DNA of 53,538 nt, taken from IMG/VR virus record IMGVR_UViG_3300008952_000066, positions 1-53,538 of that record. One strand, written 5' to 3'. Of the stretch, positions 29,001-37,841 are shown piece by piece (positions within the stretch are counted from its first letter, which is position 1; the number at the start of each line of letters is the position of its first letter). Below the pieces are notes generated by a model. It made no database searches and was not told the DNA's origin. It saw only the letters and a list, made by a program, of their open reading frames with translations. This stretch comes from a virus. Taxonomy: Duplodnaviria; Caudoviricetes. Made by a program: the position numbers and the translations under genes.

Positions 29001-29495
29001 TTGAATAACTTGCCTAGAAATGGAACTTTACCTGCTGACGTTAACGGTTTACAGCCTCGTTCTTCAACATTACTTAGAGTGCTTGATTTAAAAATGCAAA
29101 AATTTGGAATGACTAGGGCAGAAGCTATTACAAGTTTACAAGACGAAGCTGATATGGCTTTAATGAGATTATTTCAGTTAATAGAAGATTCTGAAGCAAC
29201 AAAACGCATAGACACTTATGTTCAAGGTTTAATAGCAAAAGCTAAAACTCCCCAAGCTAGAGAACAAGCAGTAAATAAAGGAAATTATTTAACAGATCCT
29301 ACTGAAAGAATAGCAAGAATATTTCAACAATATATTCCTACTAGAGTAGGCTCAGTAACAGACCGAAAACTTCTCGCAGAAGCGATAGCAGGTGATGATG
29401 GGATTACAGGTGAATTGTTTTCTGTGGGAGAGTTTGAAGGAGTTATTGTGCCTGCTTTTGAAAAATGGCTTCGAGCAGTTGGGATGATTGAATAA
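26064..29495 (+). CDS. MuF/gp7-type head morphogenesis protein with a long polyvalent C-terminal extension
   Basis: RARVISRTE, CPIC, PPAHPNCRC; later GFDAI..IILN segment and HENGH...PTERIARIFQQYI. Confidence 0.8.
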   Translation: MAGEIKVGLSKKIHHIPLSWDVNKAKSNHQPKFRPVGDAILRGREKSVGKIMEQMFLAMPPVELWIDGKLTPEQYLERAEKISEPYMQQIAALLQVSFNEGAIMQQDRIRADANEQLKRLRSPLRLTDEKGKVTKATVGGIDVGEDPKIIWSPVGIEAFDEVSSASVQYAQFRSATLVTAMLEEQQRVIQELIGESFTASQTFSTGRTVTGLTTGQTSRALFEVLEEMNPNTPLGRQLAQMRGINSAGLTHPWEKAVFRRSEKIAQQLADKGIGGARAYNKIRDDSNKYAKKLRRSRARVISRTEIKRAQVAGQLDSMQEAVNSGLADPRTAGKKWITGSTDVCPICTSLGFGRAIHIRQSFPNVGDGPPAHPNCRCDLDFAHRIKDAPQAVGAGNPNFPAGSPENPIVWQFNSGFQSSPNVTTAFRPPSVPRTPRKPVKAPSPSAQYSEIPDVDDEITEKIVEVYETTEGTHQQKADAVYQYLGYKGKPKVVEWEDLGKHVDESPAGEMRRVVRETKDKTNPITGVEETFSKEEIAEQFRTGQAFTGEGLSGTGTYTYEGTAGAFDEYAMSRKGKWETVEMTLAPDAKIMTLTDETERALKKKYKDLYPDGPTDIGLILASKGFDAIRLVDLDDEFGNVMMIILNRSKVIVSKVHGAEIGKLKPFKRPPPPTASVPPTPTPATVDEVIEEIDAVPLQSKPTPTETGKTWEDDAFHEINATVTYTAGRMGTVIEEAIDEVSQVLGNPIPSNALKTHIKTAPIKRTSKTGDNVRVLGDFSPSRKIQLPRQPKRPKKMDLSTFETRGGYGTSQAIDHRRWAKARELDRELGDDVTTFTDELLEEMAEEGEFPFANWKEAGYKSEQDFKNAVEDFYTKEEKYWKDIEDIFNGIDPATGEAFETFATGELKDPRYEAGYGALDDVPARRDIRIGEENSYKKGTPEYNSSLKSTFHHENGHNIDFMHLSTNAPSGDDIAAIERFLNNLPRNGTLPADVNGLQPRSSTLLRVLDLKMQKFGMTRAEAITSLQDEADMALMRLFQLIEDSEATKRIDTYVQGLIAKAKTPQAREQAVNKGNYLTDPTERIARIFQQYIPTRVGSVTDRKLLAEAIAGDDGITGELFSVGEFEGVIVPAFEKWLRAVGMIE

Positions 29496-29653
29496 TGGCA
29501 GAAGAAGAAACAATAAATCCAGTTGTTTATGGTCCCAATAACGAGATGATAAATTTTTCTGCTCATCGTTGGATATTTAAAATACCTGAAGGTAAAACAA
29601 TAAATGATTTAACAACTAAGGAACTCATGGACATAGGCTATTTTGATGAGTAA
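29495..29653 (+). CDS. 52-aa protein coupled to MuF (not in the ORF track)
   Basis: TAATG overlap; MAEEETINPVV...IGYFDE. Confidence 0.5.
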   Translation: MAEEETINPVVYGPNNEMINFSAHRWIFKIPEGKTINDLTTKELMDIGYFDE

Positions 29654-30683
29654 AGTATTAAAGATGTCAGAAGAAACCCTCAACGAATTTGTTGAAGAAA
29701 CCCCTGATATTCTTAAAGGATACGGATGGGGTGACGAAGAAAAAGGTCACGAATACGGACAAACCGCTGAAGGTATTGATGCTATGACTCATCTCCTGAT
29801 GGCATACCGTTTATTAATGGATCATCAGGAGTGTTGGGATTTACTTAAACCGTTGATGCGTTTAATACATAAACTTGAAGAAAAAATGACTTCAGCAGAA
29901 CCAACTGCTGATGAATACGCTGAAGATTTTTCTTATAATTATTATTCCGAATCCGATAAAGAAATAAAACAGGAAAATGGTCAATTCTGTGTTTATTCAA
30001 CTACAGGCAGATCATTCGGTTGTTACGCTAACGCTGATGAAGCTAAAGAACGATTAGCTCAAATTGAAAGATTCAAAACAAATAAATTGCAAGCATCAAG
30101 CACAGAACAACTTATTATTTTCCATAATCGTTTACACGCTTTAAAAGAAATTGGAACAGAGCATATTATTGTTCATAACCTCATTGAAGATGAATTAGAG
30201 AACAGAGGAATAGCACCACCTTATGAATTGGGAGACATTGAAAAGAAATTGGAAATGCTTTCCGAACCCATGACAGGAATAACACCTGTTATTAAACAAG
30301 AGGAGCAAAGGTACACATTGGGACCTGTATATGTTCCCGACAGAGAAGATGCTCACGGTGAATTTACTGATGCTTCTACTTTGCAAAAAGCTTTATGGAA
30401 TTGGGTACGCAAAGGTGACCGCAGAATCTTTATACAACACTCAGATAAAGTAGCTGGTGAAATGGTTGAGACACTTACGTGGCCTTTCCCTATTGAAGTT
30501 GATTTAGAAGTTCCTAATCAGGGTGTAACCAAACAGACGTTCCCTCCTGACACTCCTTTTCTTGGAGTTGTTTGGGAAGAATGGGCTTGGGAGCTTGTTA
30601 AAGCAGGTGAGTTGAGAGGCTATTCGATTGGTGGTAAAGCTAAAAGAATTGAAGCCGATTTACCTGAACCAGCATTGATTTAA
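29643..30683 (+). CDS. Prohead protease, XkdF-like
   Basis: YVPD.EDAHGE...QH...VE...W..VK.GELRGYSIGG. Confidence 0.82.
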   Translation: MMSKVLKMSEETLNEFVEETPDILKGYGWGDEEKGHEYGQTAEGIDAMTHLLMAYRLLMDHQECWDLLKPLMRLIHKLEEKMTSAEPTADEYAEDFSYNYYSESDKEIKQENGQFCVYSTTGRSFGCYANADEAKERLAQIERFKTNKLQASSTEQLIIFHNRLHALKEIGTEHIIVHNLIEDELENRGIAPPYELGDIEKKLEMLSEPMTGITPVIKQEEQRYTLGPVYVPDREDAHGEFTDASTLQKALWNWVRKGDRRIFIQHSDKVAGEMVETLTWPFPIEVDLEVPNQGVTKQTFPPDTPFLGVVWEEWAWELVKAGELRGYSIGGKAKRIEADLPEPALI

Positions 30684-30909
30684 AAAGTTATAACACCGAC
30701 CAATTTCTTCGTTTCCTACCATCTCACGTTAAGTTCTAGGTAGTTCCCTACTCTTTTCTCAGTCCATCGCCATTTAACTTTTCAGATTTTGTTTCCTCTA
30801 TCTTATTATTAAATGGTTTGTGCTATAACTCAATTACTAATCTACATTAAACCAAATCACATCTTGTATTAGCTTTAACAAAAAATACTGATCTGCTAAG
30901 ATAACAATT

Positions 30910-30925
30910 AGTGACCAAAGTGTCC
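30910..30925 (+). promoter_or_regulatory. AGTGACC-N3-GTGTCC site 1
   Basis: AGTGACCAAAGTGTCC just upstream of the AGGAGG RBS of 30946. Confidence 0.55.
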
Positions 30926-30945
30926 TCAGAAATCAGGAGGGCATC

Positions 30946-31374
30946 TTGGATGACCAACAGCTAACCGAAGCGTTAGAACATATACAGGAACGTCTGCAAT
31001 TAAGTGTTGATGCAACGATAACTAAAACTCAAGGTGTAAAAGCTAGAGTTGAGAAAACACAAAGCTTAATTGAAACGATTAAAGACAATATTGCTTATAT
31101 AGTTGGTTTACCTGCCACACTTGGCGGTGCTTTCGGGTTTCTGTGGGACTCATCGGGGGATGAAGCGGCATTAACTCATAAAGTAACAATGCTTGAAGAA
31201 GCGGTAGCAGGATTAAAAGCAGAGAATGATCTGCTAGGTGGCGGTACTAAAAACTTCGCCATCGACATGAGCGCAGTTCCTAGCGGTTCCGTAACCGTCA
31301 TAATTGTTGCATCAATAATAGTTGTAAGTGTTGGGTTACTTGCCATGTATCAAAGACGGCGTAAGAAGCGTTGA
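30946..31374 (+). CDS. Membrane protein with coiled coil and two hydrophobic segments
   Basis: AGGAGG RBS, TTG start, C-terminal TM followed by RRRKKR. Confidence 0.7.
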   Translation: MDDQQLTEALEHIQERLQLSVDATITKTQGVKARVEKTQSLIETIKDNIAYIVGLPATLGGAFGFLWDSSGDEAALTHKVTMLEEAVAGLKAENDLLGGGTKNFAIDMSAVPSGSVTVIIVASIIVVSVGLLAMYQRRRKKR

Positions 31375-34300
31375 TTAAAAGAGTAGTGGCTGTTCTTTCG
31401 ACAGCATTACTCTTTGCCTCTTGCGCTCAAGGCGATACAACTGAATCAACACCAACAACAACCGAGCCTGTTGTCACAACTGTCCCTGTTGAAGTTCTCG
31501 AACCTGTAACGACCACACCTGTAGAAAAAGACGCATCAGCTTCTTTGGAGTACACACCTGTTCAAGATGGTTTTTCTTTTGAAAACTTTGGAGGAGGGGA
31601 AGCTCCAGCGGAATTAACAGTCAATATGACTCGCAGGTTTTATGGTGACAATCAAGTCTGTTCAGATGTAACAGATAACGAATGCACTCCATATCCTGTA
31701 ATCCTTCAACTCATATCTCAAGCTAATCGTTCAATGAAAGGTGGTTTATGTGAAGGTTTAACTGTTTTATCTTTAAGGTTAGCCAATGATCCACTTGCAT
31801 TAGCAGGCTTTCAAAATGCTGAAGAAGTAGCAACACTTATCAAACAAGATCCTGCTTTGCTTTCAGAAATTGCTTACTGGTATGTAACACAGTTCGCTAT
31901 AGAGGTACAACAACAAGCCGCACAGTTTTTAGAACTGTCCCCTTTAGCTTTAGCACGAATACTTTATGAAGATTTCGCTAAAGCAGAAACAGGTCAACCA
32001 TCAGTCGGGTACACGATAGGTATTTACTCTGAGCAAGGCGGTCACGCCGTAACACCTTACAAAGTGACCACAGACGGTGACACATGGAGAATCTATATAT
32101 ATGACTCTAATTGGCCTTCAACAGAACGATGGATTGATGTGAATGAAGAAGGTTGGAATTACGCATTAGCCGCAACTAACCCAACTGAACAAACTGAAGC
32201 GTGGGGTGGCGGAACTGGAACAATGGAATTAACTCCAATGACTTCACGTTCGGGACCTTTTACTTGCAGTTTTTGCCCACAAGAAGAAAATGAAGAATCG
32301 GGAACACTTCTTACCGTTGCGGCTTCAGGCAGTAAACAAATGGCTATTCAAATACAAACAGAAACAGGTGAACGGCTCGGCTATTACGATGGCAAATTTG
32401 TTAATGAAATAGAAGGCGCAACTTACAGGTATTTAATATCAGGAACTTCAACGGCTGATCCTGTAATGGTTTTCTTACCTGCTGGTATAGAAGATTTTAG
32501 TGCAGATGTTGATGTTATAGACATTCCCACCCCAGCGGTTACATCGCCAACAGCGCCTACGGAGGGGGAAGTTGAAGATTCACCGCCAGAGCAGGAACAA
32601 GAACAAGATACCACACAACAATTTTCGCTTCTCATATTGGATGATGAGAAATCAGTTCAAATAGAAGCTGATATATCTGTAGAAGAACCTATTGCAGATG
32701 AACAAATAATAGAAACAGAATCCTTAATAAATTTTTCTGAAGAATCTGTAGAGATAGCTGACATTGAAGAAGCAACAGTCGCTATAGCGGTTGATGCTTT
32801 GGAAGTTGAAATAGACGTACAGCAAGGACAGCAGATAGCAGTACAGTTTGTTCCTGATCCTCCACCTGTGATTGAAGCAGGTCAACCTGAACCAGTTGAA
32901 ATAGCTCCAGCAATGTTAGATATTTCTATAGCAGACAACACAGGCGAACTGTTAGCTGAAGTCGAAGTTGATTTAACACCCTTCCGAGTTGAGGACAGAC
33001 AAGAAGAAACAGAGTTAGAAGAAGAACCTGAACAGGCTCCCATAGTGCTTGCTATTTCGTTTGATGAGGAGATCGGTGAAGTAGAACAAGTAGAGGAGTC
33101 TATCGAAGCTTGGGTGGCTTCAGACGCTGAATATTTCCAAGCAATTATCGAAGATCGAGTAGAGGAAGTGTTAGGTGAAACATGGGTAGAGGAATTACAA
33201 GAAACAGATGATTGGGAAACAGAAGAAGAATTTGAAGAATTTGATTTAACAGAAATCCTTTTAGCAGTAGAGGAAGAATACTGGGAAGATGAAATTTGGG
33301 AAGAAATTGATTACACAGAAGAATGGTTTGAAGAAGAAGCTGAATTAGAACTTTTTATTATCTATGAAGAAGAAGATTGGTGGGATGAAGAACCTGAAGA
33401 ATGGTTAGAGGAGGAATGGTTTGAAGAATTATTATTGGAAGAAGAATGGCTCGAAGAAGAATGGATTGATCCTGAGCCTTTATTTGAAGAATTTGAGGAG
33501 GAAGAAATTGAAGAAATTATTGAAGAAATTATTGAAGAAATTTGGTTTGAAGAAGAAATCACAGACGAGGAATGGGAGCAGTTGGAAGAATCCGAATGGC
33601 TACCCGAACCCTTTGAGGAATTTGAACAGGAAATAGAATTAGAGGAATTATTTGAGGATGATTTAGTTCCTACAACCACATGGATGGAAGAATGGGACTT
33701 TGATGAGTTCGGTGAAATACCTGAAGATATGCTCGAATGGTCAGATGATGAATTTGATTTATTTGAAGAATTTTTAGGTAACACAACCGAAGAAGAAGAA
33801 GAAGAAGTCTGGGAAGAAGATCCTTTTCTTAACACAGAAGAAGAATGGGAGGAATGGGAAGATGAGTTTTGGTTTGAGGATTCTGAACTAGAAGATGATT
33901 GGATAGAGGATTGGATACCAGAGGAAGAAGAAATTGAAGAAGAAGAAGAAACCCCACCACTTGAAGAAGAAGAATGGGAGAGTAACACCGAAGAAGAAGT
34001 CAATGACTTCGAGGACATTTTAGAACAAGAATGGGATAATCCTTATGCAGATTGCATTGGCACTTCAGCTTGTGCTGATGCTCCTGCTGGTTTCGATACT
34101 TGGGCGCAATGGGAGTCAGCTAATAATCCTAATTATGTAGCCCCTGAAGTTGGCGATCCTGATTATGTGCCACCTCCACCACCGCCACCAGTTTATGTTC
34201 CTGTCTATTGGGCTTATTCTAATAATTTAGTTGCCAGTAGGATTAGTAGTGCCAGCGAGTCAACTGTTACAACGGTGTTGGCTAGAGGCGAAGATGGACA

Positions 34301-35042
34301 TTGGTACGAGACACACACAACAGAAATGACAACGACTACCACGACTTACACTACGAATGGAACAGAGCAGTTCGGTTGTGTAGATAATGCTTGCGCTTTA
34401 TCAGGTACTACATGGGATGATGAAACAAGTGAACAAACTGTAGCAGTAACTACTTCATCAACAGTAGTTCCAGCTTCTTGCTCTCAAGGCGGGTTTACTG
34501 GTCTAGGAGACTGGTGCATAGTTGATTCGAGTAGTCGAAACGATTATGACCATGTTGCTTTCTCGGTTCCTACTGCGGCTGAAGAAAATGAAGCCTGCGA
34601 CTGCACAGATGGCGATGGGCTTATGGATATTCGTATAGACGCTGAAAGCAATTTAACTGGGGTGCAGTTCAACTCTAATAACGAACACGCTGATCCTTAC
34701 ATATACCTGAACCATGACACAGACTCAGATGATGGTGACCATTCAGGAGACATGGATGCGATAACAGTTGGTAATCAAATCACATATAACGATGACGGTG
34801 GTAGAGATTGCGGTAACACTTGCAACAATCCTCCTAGCACAGCAACAGACCCTGACGAGACACCGAACGTAACACTCTCCAACGGTGAACCAGTTATCAA
34901 CAATGTTGCCGACTCTTGGGATTCTCGGATAACAAGAGAACTGTCAGCAGGTGATTATGTTGTAAGGGCTTCGGTTTACAATAACGCTAATAGCGGATGG
35001 TATCGCTTAACAATAAGAGATGCAGATGTTACATACCCATAA
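31371..35042 (+). CDS. Large lipoprotein: papain-like Cys-His-Asp domain, Glu/Trp-rich tract, C-terminal beta-sandwich
   Basis: Lipobox LFASC; GGLCEG, GGHAVTPY, IYDSNWP; roughly 300 aa of E/W low complexity; LSAGDYVVRAS...GWYRLTI. Confidence 0.7.
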   Translation: MIKRVVAVLSTALLFASCAQGDTTESTPTTTEPVVTTVPVEVLEPVTTTPVEKDASASLEYTPVQDGFSFENFGGGEAPAELTVNMTRRFYGDNQVCSDVTDNECTPYPVILQLISQANRSMKGGLCEGLTVLSLRLANDPLALAGFQNAEEVATLIKQDPALLSEIAYWYVTQFAIEVQQQAAQFLELSPLALARILYEDFAKAETGQPSVGYTIGIYSEQGGHAVTPYKVTTDGDTWRIYIYDSNWPSTERWIDVNEEGWNYALAATNPTEQTEAWGGGTGTMELTPMTSRSGPFTCSFCPQEENEESGTLLTVAASGSKQMAIQIQTETGERLGYYDGKFVNEIEGATYRYLISGTSTADPVMVFLPAGIEDFSADVDVIDIPTPAVTSPTAPTEGEVEDSPPEQEQEQDTTQQFSLLILDDEKSVQIEADISVEEPIADEQIIETESLINFSEESVEIADIEEATVAIAVDALEVEIDVQQGQQIAVQFVPDPPPVIEAGQPEPVEIAPAMLDISIADNTGELLAEVEVDLTPFRVEDRQEETELEEEPEQAPIVLAISFDEEIGEVEQVEESIEAWVASDAEYFQAIIEDRVEEVLGETWVEELQETDDWETEEEFEEFDLTEILLAVEEEYWEDEIWEEIDYTEEWFEEEAELELFIIYEEEDWWDEEPEEWLEEEWFEELLLEEEWLEEEWIDPEPLFEEFEEEEIEEIIEEIIEEIWFEEEITDEEWEQLEESEWLPEPFEEFEQEIELEELFEDDLVPTTTWMEEWDFDEFGEIPEDMLEWSDDEFDLFEEFLGNTTEEEEEEVWEEDPFLNTEEEWEEWEDEFWFEDSELEDDWIEDWIPEEEEIEEEEETPPLEEEEWESNTEEEVNDFEDILEQEWDNPYADCIGTSACADAPAGFDTWAQWESANNPNYVAPEVGDPDYVPPPPPPPVYVPVYWAYSNNLVASRISSASESTVTTVLARGEDGHWYETHTTEMTTTTTTYTTNGTEQFGCVDNACALSGTTWDDETSEQTVAVTTSSTVVPASCSQGGFTGLGDWCIVDSSSRNDYDHVAFSVPTAAEENEACDCTDGDGLMDIRIDAESNLTGVQFNSNNEHADPYIYLNHDTDSDDGDHSGDMDAITVGNQITYNDDGGRDCGNTCNNPPSTATDPDETPNVTLSNGEPVINNVADSWDSRITRELSAGDYVVRASVYNNANSGWYRLTIRDADVTYP

Positions 35043-35050
35043 GGAGGATA

Positions 35051-35290
35051 ATGAAAGTTTGGATTGACCAAGATTTATGTACTGGAGATGGTTTATGCGA
35101 AGAACTATGTGGTGACATATTTTACGGTCACGATGACGGATTGTTTTACGTTAAAGAAGCAGGTACGCCCACTCCTAAAGAACCTACTCACAAGATGAGT
35201 GAAACAGTTAATGTCCCTGACGAATTAGCCGAAGCTGTTATTGAATCTGCCGAAGAATGTCCCGGCGAATGTATTTTTGTGGAACCATAG
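35051..35290 (+). CDS. Ferredoxin (single-cluster, actinobacterial type)
   Basis: MKVWIDQDLCTGDGLCEELC...AEECPGECI; AAGGAGG RBS. Confidence 0.9.
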   Translation: MKVWIDQDLCTGDGLCEELCGDIFYGHDDGLFYVKEAGTPTPKEPTHKMSETVNVPDELAEAVIESAEECPGECIFVEP

Positions 35291-35450
35291 AAATATCTTT
35301 TATCCTCACTACATAGATGCAAGGATCTTCTCCAGAGTTAAATTCTTTAATTTCATCTTCTGTGTAGTAGTCAGCTTCGTGAGTTTCACAAGCAATATCT
35401 GAACAGTAGCCTTTATCAAAACCTTCTTGTAGCCATTTTTGAACAGTCAT
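35238..35450 (-). CDS. Hypothetical Cys/His protein
   Basis: W...G..KGYC...C.TH...DPC..VVR. Confidence 0.55.
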   Translation of the reverse strand: MTVQKWLQEGFDKGYCSDIACETHEADYYTEDEIKEFNSGEDPCIYVVRIKDISMVPQKYIRRDILRQIQ

Positions 35451-36539
35451 TTAATCCTCAAAAGTTATTGCTGTCTGCCATAAAACATTCTTATCAGGCG
35501 TATCAATCCAAATAGCTTGCTGTGGAGCTTCATAAGGATAATTACTAATAGAAGCATATTCATCATAACCTTTAAGGCTACCGTTTAATAGGAATCCTGA
35601 TGATGGTGCCATGATTAACTGATGAAAATGACCTAACACCATGTAATCAAAGTTCATATTCTGTCGTTTACGAGCCACCATTCGCATCAAAGGAGGCCAA
35701 ATACCACCGATACCTCCACCGCCTCTAGCTTGATCACCATGTGTGAGAAGATAAGTGGTGTCTTGAACTTTCACTATCAGGTCAGCACCAGTAGCCACAT
35801 CGAATGTAACTTTGTCGTTGCCTTCAAATTGTTTCTCCAACGTCTTAGCTAACATCCAATCGAAGTTATCTTTAGCACGAAGTTTCGCTCTGCTTTTACG
35901 AGTCCGCCTGCCATGATTGCCTACTACAGAAGGAATATGGACATATTCAAAGTGTTCAGCTAACAGGTTGATTCCTGCGGCTAACTGTTCAGTCCAAAAG
36001 ATAACTGAGCCGAGCATAGTGTCCTCGTTGGTTTCTGTTAGTTCTTCGTGAATGTCTCCTGAGAAGATGTCGCCTGCTAAGAAAAGAACACAACCCTGAT
36101 AGTCGATGCCTGTTACATATTCGTTAGTCAAAAGAATTATCTTCTGGAAATAAGTTTTAAGTCTTTGAACAGCAATCTTACGATTGTATTCGTTGCGATA
36201 TTGTATTTCTTCAGGTTTAACCACTTCATCAAAATGTGTATCGGAAAGAATTGTGCAAACAACACCTGTCCCTTGCTTGCCTGTTTTAACCAACCATTTA
36301 GGTGGTTTGTATCTACGCTTATCAAGTTTGCTTATTAAGTCGCTACGTCTTTCAGATTCTTCTAAGTCAGCCTCAAGTTCTTTAATCTGTGCTTTAGAAA
36401 TAGATAGCTCTTGTCGTAGCTTAGAAGCTTGACGAGATAGCTTCGCCATCTCTTGTATCGCCGCATCATCCTTAGCGAACTCTGATAAAGAGTTTTTATT
36501 TTCTGCGTTCACGAATAAACATTGCATCCAGTCTGCCAC
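35451..36539 (-). CDS. Calcineurin-like metallophosphoesterase with N-terminal coiled coil (start uncertain)
   Basis: SDTH, GDIFSGDIH, GNHGR, HGD, GHFH motifs. Confidence 0.88.
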   Translation of the reverse strand: MADWMQCLFVNAENKNSLSEFAKDDAAIQEMAKLSRQASKLRQELSISKAQIKELEADLEESERRSDLISKLDKRRYKPPKWLVKTGKQGTGVVCTILSDTHFDEVVKPEEIQYRNEYNRKIAVQRLKTYFQKIILLTNEYVTGIDYQGCVLFLAGDIFSGDIHEELTETNEDTMLGSVIFWTEQLAAGINLLAEHFEYVHIPSVVGNHGRRTRKSRAKLRAKDNFDWMLAKTLEKQFEGNDKVTFDVATGADLIVKVQDTTYLLTHGDQARGGGGIGGIWPPLMRMVARKRQNMNFDYMVLGHFHQLIMAPSSGFLLNGSLKGYDEYASISNYPYEAPQQAIWIDTPDKNVLWQTAITFED

Positions 36540-36729
36540 CAGTGGCTTCTTTGTAACCTATTGAATGTAACCATTTGGCGGCAGTTACTTTACCGACAGG
36601 AACGTCAGAGTCGTGGAAAGCATCCCATAATTGATTGAAAATATCATCAGGCAAAGTTTCAACCCACGCTGTTGTCGTAGTGCGAGTTTGCTTTTGCAAA
36701 AAGTCCTGCAAGGACAATTCTTTTGACAT
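36496..36729 (-). CDS. Hypothetical small protein upstream of the phosphoesterase
   Basis: Overlapping ORF, helical. Confidence 0.55.
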   Translation of the reverse strand: MSKELSLQDFLQKQTRTTTTAWVETLPDDIFNQLWDAFHDSDVPVGKVTAAKWLHSIGYKEATGGRLDAMFIRERRK

Positions 36730-36948
36730 GCTGATTAACCTTAGCGGATATTTAGATCATGCGGTATCTTTTACACAATTTGCAAAGATGGTAAGGTTGT
36801 TAAAGAACTCAGAGGAGTGTATATCGGTATAAGATCATCGTGGCGTGAATTACGTCAACACAGCCGAAGAAGCAAAGCTGGCTTAGAAAAAATAATACAA
36901 GCAGAGCCACCGAGCTACACTTCTCGCAAGACCAACGGAGGTCAACTC

Positions 36949-37317
36949 TTGAGCAAACAAAAACTATTCCACTATAAAGCAACAGTAGGTCGTGTAGTGG
37001 ATGGAGACACAATAGACGTAACTCTTAATTTGGGTTTCGATATTTATTACAAAGGCAGAATCAGGTTCATGGGCATTAACGCTCCTGAGTCGAGAACGAA
37101 AGACGCTGTTGAGAAAGAAGCAGGACTCGCCGCTAAACGCTATGTCGAGGATTGGATAAGCGCTTTGGAACACAAAGTTATTATCGAAACTTCTTTAGAC
37201 GAGAAAGGTAAGTTCGGTAGGATTCTTGGCAGGATATTAAACGAAGAAGGCGAGTGTTTGAATGAGGAGATGGTGAGCTTAGGTCACGCCACTCCTTATC
37301 ATGGCGGTAAGCGATAA
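36949..37317 (+). CDS. Thermonuclease (SNase-like)
   Basis: RVVDGDTID...RIRFMGINAPE...KGKFGRILG; GGAGG RBS before TTG 36949 (frame open from 36817). Confidence 0.9.
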   Translation: MSKQKLFHYKATVGRVVDGDTIDVTLNLGFDIYYKGRIRFMGINAPESRTKDAVEKEAGLAAKRYVEDWISALEHKVIIETSLDEKGKFGRILGRILNEEGECLNEEMVSLGHATPYHGGKR

Positions 37318-37347
37318 AAAAAGAAAGGGAGCCGAAGCCCCCTTTCT
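37316..37347 (-). terminator. Intrinsic terminator (cUUCGg loop)
   Basis: AGAAAGGGGGC-TTCG-GCTCCCTTTCT-TTTTT on the minus strand. Confidence 0.8.
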
Positions 37348-37368
37348 GCAAATTTTAATAGTTTTCAT

Positions 37369-37587
37369 TTATATTATTTGTCCTTTCATGATTAAGTTTT
37401 TTACCATTACGATGGTTGTTGAAAGACCAAGTGTGAGAATCATCAATACCATTTCCGTTGTGCGGATCAGGTTTTTCCTAAACTCTTGTTTCCTTTGAAG
37501 TTCAGCCGCAAATTCAAAAGCGGTAACTCTAGTAACTCCCATTGAATTTTTCATTGTTCCCTCTCGGTTGATTTTTTTATTTCCCAT
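37369..37587 (-). CDS. Small membrane protein (start 37587 or 37554)
   Basis: In frame with the cassette P4 ATG; C-terminal hydrophobic segment; has its own terminator. Confidence 0.55.
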   Translation of the reverse strand: MGNKKINREGTMKNSMGVTRVTAFEFAAELQRKQEFRKNLIRTTEMVLMILTLGLSTTIVMVKNLIMKGQII

Positions 37588-37630
37588 CAAGTACCACTAT
37601 AACGAACCATATAACCCCATGTATACATTA
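37552..37630 (-). promoter_or_regulatory. Conserved promoter/5'-end cassette, copy P4
   Basis: ATGTATACATGGGGTTATAT..CGTTATAGT-8nt-ATGGGAAATAAAAAAA..AACCGAGAGGGA on the minus strand. Confidence 0.85.
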
Positions 37631-37841
37631 GGCGAACAATTTTTATACTTTTTTTTGTTCCCTCACATCACTTCTAAAGCGTTATTAATTGACGAAATGA
37701 ATAAAACAACATCCACTAGCTGAAAGATGATTAGAACTGTTCTAAATGCTTCTGAAGGGCTGTTAGAAGAAATACAGCTTCAGATACGAGACAAACGGAT
37801 TACATTGCTGTAATCTAGGCAATGTCTCCTGTGGAGGATAA

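Noticed and set aside
30684-30945. tRNA or other ncRNA in this intergenic gap
   Set aside because: No cloverleaf or strong stems seen; AT-rich with TGCTA -10-like boxes, so most likely a promoter region
33362-34018. 218-aa Ser-rich minus-strand ORF
   Set aside because: Shadow of the GAA-rich Glu tract of the lipoprotein gene
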